Shown piece after piece: positions 28,742-38,316 of a stretch of DNA of 64,000 nt; the stretch's first letter is position 1, and each line of letters opens with the position of its first letter. A model generated the notes under the pieces. The model was not told the DNA's origin and made no database searches. It was given only the letters and a program-made list of their open reading frames with translations. Location of the stretch: positions 96,001 to 160,000 of the forward strand of contig CAXXLX010000001.1 of the NCBI GenBank assembly GCA_963665235.2, in the 5' to 3' direction. This DNA is from Candidatus Poribacteria bacterium (GTDB lineage: Bacteria > Poribacteria > WGA-4E > WGA-3G). The translations under genes were made by a program, and so were the position numbers.

Positions 28742-30082
28742 ATGAAAAAAAAACACTATTGCTATTGCGGTTTACTCCTTTTCGTCGTCATTATTATTTC
28801 TTGTGCTTCGCCGACGGAGCACCCGAGCGATTGGGAGCTGTTGAATTCGATTGAGAACGCTTTTGTTAGTATCGCGGCGCAAAGCAAACCTGCTATTGTG
28901 GGGGTTGTTGCGATGGATGTGCATCGCGCTGAACGTCTTCCCCGATTGGAGGGGTCCGGATTCATTTTTCGGGAAGATGGGTATATCCTAACGAATGACC
29001 ATATTGTACGCGGGGCAAGACACCTTCGAGTGAAACTGTTAGATGGCAGCACCCTTGAAGCGAAAATGGTCGGAACAGATGTTAGCACCGATATCGCTGT
29101 GCTAAAGGTGGATAGGGAAGAACCGTTTCCGATGCTAAAGTTGGCGGATTCAGCGAAGGTTCGGGTCGGTCAATTCGCTATCGCTATCGGTAATCCGTTT
29201 CGGCTCGATTACACTGTAACGACAGGGGTTGTCAGCGGTAAAAGCCGGGCTGTCCTTGGCGGTTCAAGCATCATTCGTTATCAAGATTTCATCCAAACGG
29301 ATGCCTGGATTAATACCGGCAGCAGCGGGGGACCTCTGCTGAATATCCGAGGTGAAGTGATAGGTATCAATGCGTTAATTCGGAAGACTGAAGACACGCC
29401 GGCCCCAGCAAGAGCAGGAGCCGGATTCGCAATTCCTAGCAATCTGATAAAAACAATTGGGAATCAACTGATTGTGAACGGTAAAGTTATCCGCGGTTAT
29501 CTCGGTATTCGGATGCAAGAGGTCCCGCAGGGCATCCGCGTTACAGGTGTAAATTTAGATACACCTGCGTACCGAGGTGGGTTAGTGCACAATGATATTA
29601 TCGTTGAATACAATGGGGAGCGGGTGCAAAAATCTATTGACCTCCAGCTGTTAGTTGCTGAATCGCAGGTCGGGAAGCAATCTATTATCAAGGTGTTGCG
29701 GCGGGGTAAGGAGAAATTGCTGAATGTGACTATCGGTGCAATGCCGCCGGAGCTAATGGGACAGTCTGTTGAGATTAAATCTGTTTCTTGGAAAACGCTT
29801 GGGTTAGCTGTGCGAAAATTGCGACCGGGGGATTTTGAGCGATATACCTATCTAACAGATGCGGACCGGGGGGTTATCGTTGAAAGGGTTAAGGAGAACG
29901 CCCCTGGATACAGGGCAAAGATTCCGCGCGGCGCGCTTATTATGGCTATTAACGGAAAAGAGATTCGCGATGTGCAAACCCTTGAAGCGTCACTGCAGCA
30001 AGCACAAGATGCACTCGAACTGATTCTCGATATTAAAAGTAGTCACGGCACAGAAAAGCTAACGGTGAAGTTGAAAGAATAG
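28742..30082 (+). CDS. HtrA/DegP-family serine protease with two PDZ domains
   Basis: GSGFI, TNDH, TDIAVLK, QTDAWINTGSSGGPL, RGYLGI. Confidence 0.9.
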   Translation: MKKKHYCYCGLLLFVVIIISCASPTEHPSDWELLNSIENAFVSIAAQSKPAIVGVVAMDVHRAERLPRLEGSGFIFREDGYILTNDHIVRGARHLRVKLLDGSTLEAKMVGTDVSTDIAVLKVDREEPFPMLKLADSAKVRVGQFAIAIGNPFRLDYTVTTGVVSGKSRAVLGGSSIIRYQDFIQTDAWINTGSSGGPLLNIRGEVIGINALIRKTEDTPAPARAGAGFAIPSNLIKTIGNQLIVNGKVIRGYLGIRMQEVPQGIRVTGVNLDTPAYRGGLVHNDIIVEYNGERVQKSIDLQLLVAESQVGKQSIIKVLRRGKEKLLNVTIGAMPPELMGQSVEIKSVSWKTLGLAVRKLRPGDFERYTYLTDADRGVIVERVKENAPGYRAKIPRGALIMAINGKEIRDVQTLEASLQQAQDALELILDIKSSHGTEKLTVKLKE

Positions 30083-30166
30083 CAATGCCTTGCGGGCGGG
30101 GAGACCCCGCCCCTACGAACAGAAGAAGCACGGCACAGAAAAGCTAACGGTGAAGTTGAAAGAATA
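30044..30166 (+). repeat. 38-bp direct repeat flanking a REP
   Basis: 30044-30081 is identical to 30129-30166, with GGGCGGGGAGACCCCGCCCCTAC between them. Confidence 0.9.
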
Positions 30167-30196
30167 ATTAACCTGTAACGATATTGCGGAAAAATT

Positions 30197-32215
30197 ATGA
30201 CACAAATTTCTAAACCTCTCACACTTCGGGACATTTTTAGTCCTGGGGGTATTATCTCACAGCATCTGCCGATGTATGAGTTTCGGCAGGAGCAGCTTGC
30301 GATGGCGAATGCGGTTGCTCGCGCATTTGCTGCCTCGGAGCATCTGATTGTGGAAGCTGGGACTGGGGTAGGTAAAAGTTTTGCCTATCTGATACCCGCT
30401 GTCTCGCTATCGCTCAAGGCGAATCAGACAGTTGTCATTTCGACCAATACGATTAGTTTGCAGGAGCAGCTTGTTACGAAAGATATTCCGTTCCTTCAGC
30501 GTGTGCTTCCGCGTGATTTTAAAGCAGTTCTCGCCAAGGGCCGCCGCAACTATCTCTCTCGCCGCCGGCTGGACAGTCTACTCAATTATGAACGCGGTTT
30601 GTTTGAAACAAAAGAGGAGGCCGAACAGGTGCAGGACATTGTCGAATGGGTTAACGTGACAGAGGATGGAAGTCGTGCTGATCTGCCGAGGCAACCGATG
30701 CAGCAGGTTTGGGATAAGGTCGCCTCGGACCGGGATAACTGCCTGAGACACAGATGCCCTACATACAATACGTGTTTCTATTTCAAGGCGCGGAACGAGA
30801 TGTACGATGCTGATCTGCTGATTGTGAATCATCATCTGCTTTTTAGCGATTTGGCGATTCGGAGTGTCGCTCCCGGCTCCGGTATTCTTCCCGATTATGA
30901 CTATCTGATTCTGGACGAAGCCCATCACTTGGAAGCCACAGCAACACGGCACGGCAGTTTGGAGGTCAGCAACACCCGTATCAAATGGTTTTTCGACTCA
31001 CTGCACAACCCGAAAAACGACAGTGGGGCGGCAGCACGTTTCAACTCACCACACCTAATAGCAGAGGTAGCCGATGCACGCGAACAGGCAAACCTACTGT
31101 TTGAAACAGCTTTTGAAAACCTCGGAGATGCAAATGCCGATAGGCACACTGTGACAAAACGGATTGAACCGGAGAATCTGACGAAAATTTTTCAGAAAGG
31201 CAATCTGTTAGATAGTCCTTTGGCACGTCTTGAAAGGACGCTTAAACAGTTGCAACATACCGCACAAACAGAGGATGATGAACAGGAGCTTAACTCCCAT
31301 TATAGTCAATGCCAAAACCTGCGAGCGGACCTGGACCTAATGATTCAGCATACGGACCCTGGTTATGTCTATTGGGCGGAAGCCTCAACATCGCGAGGGA
31401 TGCCGCGGATTGTTCTGAATGCTACCCCGGTGAATATCAGCCGGATGTTGCGTGAAAATCTCTTCACCGAAAAGCAGAGCGTTATAATGACGAGTGCTAC
31501 ACTTGCGACTAATCGGAATTTTGATTATTTCAAAGAGCGCATCGGTATCCAAGAATGTCGCGAGCTGCTGGTAGATTCGCCATTTGACTTTAAGCGACAA
31601 GTCCAAATTCATATCCCGCGTAGGATGCCACACCCGAATAGCGATGAATTTACACCAGCGGCGATTCGGGAGATTAAACACTACCTCAAGTTGACACACG
31701 GCAAAGCGTTTGTGCTTTTTACCAGCTACAAGATGATGGATGAGGTTTACGAGGAGGTTGCGCCATATTTAGAGCTGCTCAGTATTGATGTCTTCAAACA
31801 GGGGGGTGAATTGTCACGGACAGATATGCTACAAGCGTTTCGTGAGGATACACATTCGGTCCTGTTTGGGACAACCAGTTTTTGGGAGGGTGTTGATGTA
31901 CGCGGGGAGGCGTTGAGTAATGTTATCATCACGCGACTGCCGTTTGAAGTACCGAAGCACCCTGTGATGGAGGCGCGTGTTAAAGAGATTAAGGAACGGG
32001 GCGGTAACGAATTTATCGAGTTCAGTTTACCGGAGGCGATACTGCGTTTCAAACAGGGGTTCGGGCGGCTTATCCGTACCCAGACCGACAAAGGCATCGT
32101 GGTAATTCTCGATCCGAGAATTAAAACCGGGAGTTATGGCAATCAATTTTTAGCGTCTTTACCTACATGTGAAGTCATCTGGGGTGAGGGTGAGGGCGAT
32201 TTCCTCAAGTCGTAG
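30197..32215 (+). CDS. DinG/YoaA family ATP-dependent helicase
   Basis: EAGTGVGKS, DEAHH, SATL, FWEGVD, QGFGRLIR. Confidence 0.92.
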   Translation: MTQISKPLTLRDIFSPGGIISQHLPMYEFRQEQLAMANAVARAFAASEHLIVEAGTGVGKSFAYLIPAVSLSLKANQTVVISTNTISLQEQLVTKDIPFLQRVLPRDFKAVLAKGRRNYLSRRRLDSLLNYERGLFETKEEAEQVQDIVEWVNVTEDGSRADLPRQPMQQVWDKVASDRDNCLRHRCPTYNTCFYFKARNEMYDADLLIVNHHLLFSDLAIRSVAPGSGILPDYDYLILDEAHHLEATATRHGSLEVSNTRIKWFFDSLHNPKNDSGAAARFNSPHLIAEVADAREQANLLFETAFENLGDANADRHTVTKRIEPENLTKIFQKGNLLDSPLARLERTLKQLQHTAQTEDDEQELNSHYSQCQNLRADLDLMIQHTDPGYVYWAEASTSRGMPRIVLNATPVNISRMLRENLFTEKQSVIMTSATLATNRNFDYFKERIGIQECRELLVDSPFDFKRQVQIHIPRRMPHPNSDEFTPAAIREIKHYLKLTHGKAFVLFTSYKMMDEVYEEVAPYLELLSIDVFKQGGELSRTDMLQAFREDTHSVLFGTTSFWEGVDVRGEALSNVIITRLPFEVPKHPVMEARVKEIKERGGNEFIEFSLPEAILRFKQGFGRLIRTQTDKGIVVILDPRIKTGSYGNQFLASLPTCEVIWGEGEGDFLKS

Positions 32216-32261
32216 GGGGTGGCGGCTCGTTGGGGTGGTCCGCAGCGAGCCGCTCAGGTAA

Positions 32262-33428
32262 TTAATAGCGTTTTGGTCCGGGTTGTGCGGAGCGAATACC
32301 TCTGTCATGTGTGTAAGGGAATTCAAATTCAAGCGTTTGATAACGTGTCGCGCCGCCGGGGGGTGGTGCTTTTTCGATGGGGAGAACTACGTTGAGTGTA
32401 ACCGCGTTCAAATTGGTTTGTCTAAATGGGACAAAGCCTTCGATACTTTCCCCAGGTGCGACTCCGGTTTGCGGGTTTCCGACCCGCTTTTCAAGGATAG
32501 GCATACGCTTTTCGAGTAGAATTTCGCGTGCTTTTTCAAGTCCATTTTTCCGATGAAGTCCTGTGACATGGAATGTATAGGCCAAGCGTTCCCTTAGGTC
32601 CTCCAAATTGAGTCCGTAGTATATCCCCTCAGTTTGGTCAATCATTTGACACTGTTTGACATCAAACAGGATGTTTTCAGTTCGGTTGTTTGTGATTTTG
32701 ACATAGAACACATCCGTTTTGTCCCCCTGTCGCATTGTTGCAGCTTCGTAAAAGGGTGAAGCCATATTCCCACGGTTGTATTTCCAGTCTAAATCAGCGC
32801 GTCGCCAATATGAGATTGAGAGGGTTATGCCATCAGCGGTTTTGGTGAGCGTGGGTTGTCTGGAATAGAGCCCAAAGAGTTCGGGTTCGTCGGAAACAAG
32901 GATGACATCAACGATTCTCCTTTTGTTAGCCCCGGACGCTAATTCGATCTGCGTTCTTGTTTCAGGCCACTCTTTGAGAAAGTTGTTCCATCTCTCAACG
33001 TCATGCGCGTATTCATCAAAAGCGAATAAATAGGTTAGCCTGTTAGTATTTGCCTCATCCGCCTTTCTAATACGAAACCCTACTGTTCGCATTCCGTGTT
33101 TTTCGAGTAGGCCTTTGAGGATATCCTCAGAGGGAATTGCTGGAATCACGACTTCTGCGGAGGGTTTCTCGCTTTTTTCCGCTAAAGCCTCAGCGATATT
33201 TTGTACCGGTTGGACCGGGGACAATTTCGCTATAGGCGTGCCACATCCGATGACAATTAATCCGAGCAGCAACAACCCCGCTAGATTCAGCAGTGTTAAG
33301 GAATGCAGCTTCCGCCAGGTTTGCTGCGATTCACAGGCATGCCACCCTACATGGCGCGAGGGTGTAATTCGAAATTTCTTTTCCTTATTGAACCATTTCA
33401 TTGATAAGATTTCCTCCTTGTCTACCAT
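32262..33428 (-). CDS. Hypothetical lipoprotein
   Basis: Long ORF with hydrophobic segment and lipobox VIGC; start uncertain. Confidence 0.65.
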   Translation of the reverse strand: MVDKEEILSMKWFNKEKKFRITPSRHVGWHACESQQTWRKLHSLTLLNLAGLLLLGLIVIGCGTPIAKLSPVQPVQNIAEALAEKSEKPSAEVVIPAIPSEDILKGLLEKHGMRTVGFRIRKADEANTNRLTYLFAFDEYAHDVERWNNFLKEWPETRTQIELASGANKRRIVDVILVSDEPELFGLYSRQPTLTKTADGITLSISYWRRADLDWKYNRGNMASPFYEAATMRQGDKTDVFYVKITNNRTENILFDVKQCQMIDQTEGIYYGLNLEDLRERLAYTFHVTGLHRKNGLEKAREILLEKRMPILEKRVGNPQTGVAPGESIEGFVPFRQTNLNAVTLNVVLPIEKAPPPGGATRYQTLEFEFPYTHDRGIRSAQPGPKRY

Positions 33429-33555
33429 TTTGAGAATGGCATCTTACATTGCGCGTTTGTGTACTAATACTTTTTTCTGTTAAGATACCATATTTACAAT
33501 TTTTAGTCAACAATTTAATTTATTTTGGGTGGGTAAAGTTTTTGTACTATGATAG

Positions 33556-34140
33556 GGGAAGGGTGGAAGAATGGAAGAGGGGATGGAAGAATGGAAGAAT
33601 GGAAGAATGGAAGAATGGATTTGGCGGGGGTTGTCTGAATGCACGTCGCATTTGGGCGAGTACGCCGCAAATCGCGGAGGACACAGAGGACGCAGAAAAC
33701 GCGGAAAAAGAGGTTTCTTGCTAACATCTAACCATTTTGTGTCTGAATCGCGGAGGACACAGAGGACACGGAGAACGCGGAATGTTCGATGTGTGGGCAT
33801 CAAGGTTTTAGGATTAAGGGATGTTGCGTTTTTTTGTCTGAATCGCGGATTATCGCGGAAAACGCGGATTTTAAGGCAAGAGGAAGAGGCGGTTGATACG
33901 CATCAAACCGCATTTTAGAATCACAACAGCTTGCTATAAGCCAACGGTTTCCAATATTCTATAAACATAGTGTCCATACTGAACTAATACCAAATTAACA
34001 CAATTCGTCTCTTTCCACTCTTCCGCTCCAGCGGAGCAAATGAATTTGGTATTAGCTCCATCCGGGCGAAATGTTTCATGCGCAAAAACCTCTTTTTTCC
34101 GCGTTCTCCGCGCCCTCCGCGCCTTCCGCGATTCTGACAA
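33556..34140. repeat. GGAAGNNT 8-mer tract plus TCTGAATCGCGG/9-mer dispersed repeat
   Basis: Same arrangement at 44718-44860; inverted copy at 34090-34138. Confidence 0.7.
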
Positions 34141-34278
34141 TAAACATACCAAAAACCTTCCCGTTAGCATCCGACATCGCGGTCCGTGAACACGATGAAT
34201 CAGATGAATTTGGTATAAGAGGTAATCGACAGGCAATGAATTACCCCTACTACAAACGCCAAACAGACCGTACTGACG

Positions 34279-36483
34279 TTATCTGAGTAGACTGATTTTG
34301 CCAATTTCGTGGACAACAGCATCGGCTTGCGTTGCAGCGATACGATAGATGTAGTTCCCGGGGGCGAGCGGTTTTCCGGTGAGCGTTGAACCGTCCCACC
34401 AGAATTTTCCGGGGGCAAGCACGTTCTGATGTGCCTCGCTATAAACTTTTTCCCCCGAAACGGTGAAGATTTCAAGGGTAACGGTTTCCCCGATTTGAGA
34501 GGCGGAGAGTTGATACGCAAATGTGACCTTCGATTCGGATGCACGGAACGGATTTGGATAGACTTTCACCCTCTCAAGCGCGAAAGGTGCCTTGTCTAGC
34601 TGTGCAACGGAGAGACGGTATGACATGATGTCGCTGAATTGGCCATCAGAGGTTACCATGAGGTAAAAGGTCTGTTGTGAAGTTGGTTGGTAAAGGATTT
34701 GGTATCCTACTAAATCGGGGGCATTTTCTCCTGTGGCCAACGTTTCGCCTGTGGCTGATAAGAGTGTTAGCCGGTAATCCTTTCCTGCTGGGATATCGGT
34801 GAGTGTCGCACGAATTGTGATACCGGGTACCGCTTCAATTTGATAAAAATCGTGTGTATCCGATAGGCTATATAGAAAGGAGTAATAGGGTTGCCCATAG
34901 TAAATCGGGAAAGCGGTGCCGAGGGTGTCGTTGGGTTCGTAGGTGTCCCCGAACGAGACGAGCATTTGCATAATCGGTCCCTCAGGCCCAATATTGGTGA
35001 TAGATATTCCGGAGGGTGTTCCATCATTAGCGTTGCTGTTTGGTAGGGTTCCGGGGGTAAAAGCGGTTTGGTCGTCATCTGCGGCGTAAGCTGCGCCTTC
35101 AGTGATGGTATCAATGTTTATAGTGTTAGGGTCATCCGGATGGATACCGTAATGTTCAGGGTCATTAGGGTCTTCAAGCCAAATTTGTTGGGCTGCATCA
35201 TAACTGCCAGGCGGACGGACCTGTGTTTCATCGATGTGCCAGATGAGTATGCCAGATTCGGGAAGATAGGCATCAAAGGTTGCTCCGGAGGCTTTATAGC
35301 GATTTTCAATAAGGAAAAATTCTCTATTTGCGGAATGGGTTTCCCGTGCCTGTGGAATATCAATTTTGAAGAGTTTATCTGTTTTAGGGGGCAATTCAAA
35401 GCTCGGCACGGAAACCGGTCCGTTTTGTGTGATAGTGACAGGTTGTATCCAACCGAGGCGGCCGTTTTCAGGGCGCGCATCAAAATCCCATTTGAGGTAT
35501 CCTATGATATGGCTCGGTCCCAGTCCGTTCTGTTCTCCGGCGGCTTCTGGGCCTTGGAACGGTCCGAATTGTCCCATTAATCCCCACTTATGGTCCCGTG
35601 CATCGGTGAAGTTTAACCCGTAGACATCCGGTGCGCCGAAATCGTGGAAGAATTCGTGAAAGTAGATGCCTAAGTGAGGTTTATCAAATCCCGGTTCTTC
35701 GGCAACAATAACGGCAGTATCGACGAGAACGTCATCAACGATAACGTTGACGTTTGGGGTTAAGACCGACCAAATATCATCAGGGGCAGGGACGAAAGGA
35801 TTTACGGGGGATGCTTCGTCATTGCCAGCGTGAATGATAAAAAGATGGTCTACGATGCCATCCTTATCACGGTCGTATTGTGAAAAATCGACTGTTGCGT
35901 CTATAGCACGACACGCCTCGGCGATGAGTTCGCGATAACGTGGTATATTTCTTGGGCCTTCTCCGTAATACCCCATCGGTTTCTGGGCGCGAATCCATTT
36001 GTTCCCTGCGGGCAAAACGCCGCCAGCAGGCCCTGGTTGCACATCCATCTGATTATAAGAGTTTTCGCGGAAGTATGTTTTTAATGACACCCCTGTTTCA
36101 GCAAATAGATATTCATTGAATTCTGCGCTTGTTCTTTTTCCCGGTTGGTCGCTGAAATCAATTTTGAGGGCAAGCACATATTCAACGCCATCCGGTTGCA
36201 GGACTCCCTGTTCTCTTGCTAAGCAACATTCATCCAACATTTGCAAATATGTAGAGACACTCAGTTGCGAATTAAGGCCTGCGGAGGATTTCGGAGTCAA
36301 TTCGCCAGTCCTCGGATTGACATCAAAATAGCGATAAGGATTTGGGGGTGCGGCGAGGCTAAATGTTGTAACTGTGAGGAGACATCCCCAGCAGACCATC
36401 AAAAGGATGGAGGATTTGCTAATCAAATTCACCCCCACATTTCCTGCATAAGATGTAAAATTGGATGTCATCAGAATGGGCAT
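34279..36483 (-). CDS. M6 (immune inhibitor A) metalloprotease with PPC-like and FlgD-Ig C-terminal domains
   Basis: YFRENSY, HEFFHDFG.PD.Y, FLIENR, GILIWHIDE, DTYEPND, KVYPNPF; start uncertain. Confidence 0.88.
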   Translation of the reverse strand: MPILMTSNFTSYAGNVGVNLISKSSILLMVCWGCLLTVTTFSLAAPPNPYRYFDVNPRTGELTPKSSAGLNSQLSVSTYLQMLDECCLAREQGVLQPDGVEYVLALKIDFSDQPGKRTSAEFNEYLFAETGVSLKTYFRENSYNQMDVQPGPAGGVLPAGNKWIRAQKPMGYYGEGPRNIPRYRELIAEACRAIDATVDFSQYDRDKDGIVDHLFIIHAGNDEASPVNPFVPAPDDIWSVLTPNVNVIVDDVLVDTAVIVAEEPGFDKPHLGIYFHEFFHDFGAPDVYGLNFTDARDHKWGLMGQFGPFQGPEAAGEQNGLGPSHIIGYLKWDFDARPENGRLGWIQPVTITQNGPVSVPSFELPPKTDKLFKIDIPQARETHSANREFFLIENRYKASGATFDAYLPESGILIWHIDETQVRPPGSYDAAQQIWLEDPNDPEHYGIHPDDPNTINIDTITEGAAYAADDDQTAFTPGTLPNSNANDGTPSGISITNIGPEGPIMQMLVSFGDTYEPNDTLGTAFPIYYGQPYYSFLYSLSDTHDFYQIEAVPGITIRATLTDIPAGKDYRLTLLSATGETLATGENAPDLVGYQILYQPTSQQTFYLMVTSDGQFSDIMSYRLSVAQLDKAPFALERVKVYPNPFRASESKVTFAYQLSASQIGETVTLEIFTVSGEKVYSEAHQNVLAPGKFWWDGSTLTGKPLAPGNYIYRIAATQADAVVHEIGKISLLR

Positions 36484-37753
36484 GTTGTTTCATAAGGTCA
36501 ACGGCTTGTTGCGGTAAATCTTGGCCACACTTGGGACATTTGTAGAGTGAGCCCTCTATTTCAGGAAACTTGCGGACATCTCCCCACATGTCGTCGAGCC
36601 AATATTTAAATTCCCAGGGAAATTCGGTTTCGGTTTCTTTCGAAATTTCAACTGCGTGGTTAATTAACCTTTGACCTTCTTCAAAGGTAATCGGTTCATA
36701 AGGGTGTGGGGTTGTGATAACAGGAATAGATCTCCCTTCGGAGGCGGTTTCGGGATTGAACCTGCGCGAACGCGTCAATAAAATCTGATCGAGATGGGAG
36801 CCCGGTTCTCTACCCTTAGACCAGAGGCGGTAGTAGCCTTTGCGCTTGATACGAAAATAACCAGGGATGGATTTGCCCCGGGGGTGTGTTGAGGTATCCC
36901 ACAACCATCGGTGCCATTTAGAGGAGTCGCCCGGCACTGCCCAGATTTTGATTGCGTTCGGGCCGCCCTGTTCATCCCATGGATAGGGTTCCACATCATC
37001 TATGCCGACCCAGTAGGAGTCTTGATTGCCTGCTTTAAAGTGTGCGCGAATCCAGACGTACCATTTACCGGTTTTGGGTATGTAGATTTCATGAATAGCC
37101 CGCGCGCCTCTTGCGCTGTCAATAGCTTTGCCCTCGGATGCTTCAGCGTCCTCAACGATTTTCACGCCATTATCCATGTATGCAGCGGCTTCAGCTTCCA
37201 CAATGAGGGTGTTTTTCGGGACGTGAACTAATTCCTTTTTTTCCTTGGTTTTGTTCTCCTCCTCGTTTTCTTTCCTATTTTCTTCCTCCTTTTCTTCATT
37301 TGGATAGGCTTGTTCAGGTGCGACATAATCTCTTCCGAATTGTAAACATACCTTTTCAAATTTTTTTTCGGTGATATTTGCGTCGAAGAAGCTGTCTCGG
37401 ACCCCTTTTTTCCAGAGGTCTAGGAGGAGAAACATCGCCTTGAGATTGCCATCGGGCCGTTTGCGGGTGCCGACAACGATAAGCATACCGGTGTCTTGCG
37501 AGCGGCTAACGAGGCATCTATGAATGGGAAATTCGGGCCGCGGCCCTCTGCGGCCCCGGACGATGAGGGGACTATAGTACCGACAGCGGTTGTCGCATCC
37601 GGGTATCTTGGCACGTTTTGCCTTGCAGCAATCTGGACAAATTAACAGATTGCTGAGGGCAGGACAGGCTCGCTTGCCGTTATTGGAGTTGCATGTACGG
37701 CACCGTTGCCGTCTGATGCGTTTGTTTCTCGTGGATGTTCTTGGATATCGCAT
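36419..37753 (-). CDS. Cys-rich hypothetical protein with inserted CBM-like domain
   Basis: Start reassigned to MRYPRT; N-terminal Cys cluster, C-terminal CxxC...CxxC. Confidence 0.65.
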   Translation of the reverse strand: MRYPRTSTRNKRIRRQRCRTCNSNNGKRACPALSNLLICPDCCKAKRAKIPGCDNRCRYYSPLIVRGRRGPRPEFPIHRCLVSRSQDTGMLIVVGTRKRPDGNLKAMFLLLDLWKKGVRDSFFDANITEKKFEKVCLQFGRDYVAPEQAYPNEEKEEENRKENEEENKTKEKKELVHVPKNTLIVEAEAAAYMDNGVKIVEDAEASEGKAIDSARGARAIHEIYIPKTGKWYVWIRAHFKAGNQDSYWVGIDDVEPYPWDEQGGPNAIKIWAVPGDSSKWHRWLWDTSTHPRGKSIPGYFRIKRKGYYRLWSKGREPGSHLDQILLTRSRRFNPETASEGRSIPVITTPHPYEPITFEEGQRLINHAVEISKETETEFPWEFKYWLDDMWGDVRKFPEIEGSLYKCPKCGQDLPQQAVDLMKQHAHSDDIQFYILCRKCGGEFD

Positions 37754-37773
37754 AGGTTTTTTTCCGTTGGTAA

Positions 37774-38116
37774 TACCATTTCTAATTGAAAATGCCTCTT
37801 TCTTGTAGCATAAACTTCCAGTTTGTGCGCTTTCTTGTAGCATAAACTTCCAGTTTGTGCGCTTTCTTGTAGCATAAACTTCCAGTTTGTGCGCTTTCTT
37901 GTAGCATAAACTTCCAGTTTGTGCGCTTTCTTGTAGCATAAACTTCCAGTTTGTGCGCTTTCTTGTAGCATAAACTTCCAGTTTGTGCGCTTTCTTGTAG
38001 CATAAACTTCCAGTTTGTGTTGTGTGTTATTGTAGCATAAACTTCCAGTTTGGGTCTTCCGTTCTCCGTTTCATTTCTAACAACCGGTAATGATAGAATA
38101 ATTAATAAAAATGGTA
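37774..38116. mobile_element. MITE family A, copy 2, with 8-unit REP array
   Basis: Same TIRs, arms and TAA TSD as 6054-6425; array at 37801-38052. Confidence 0.8.
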
Positions 38117-38316
38117 TAAGTGATGGACGATGATGAAGATTAATTTTTAAATTCGGAATACTAGAACGGGTGATAAATCACCCTACTACAAACCCTTATA
38201 TTTAGGATCAGGAGCGGAACGGGTGATAAATTACCCTACTACAAACCCTTATGTTTGTTTGTAGTAGGGAAACCATTCATTGCCTGTCGAATACCGACAT
38301 ATTTATCTAAAATTCA

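Noticed and set aside
33449-34286. Several small ORFs, and the 44716-44892 extension
   Set aside because: Translations of intergenic GGAAG/9-mer repeats
37642-38003. ORFs with MLQESAQTGSLCYKK repeats and the long N-terminus of 36419-37939
   Set aside because: These are translations of the 32-bp repeat array
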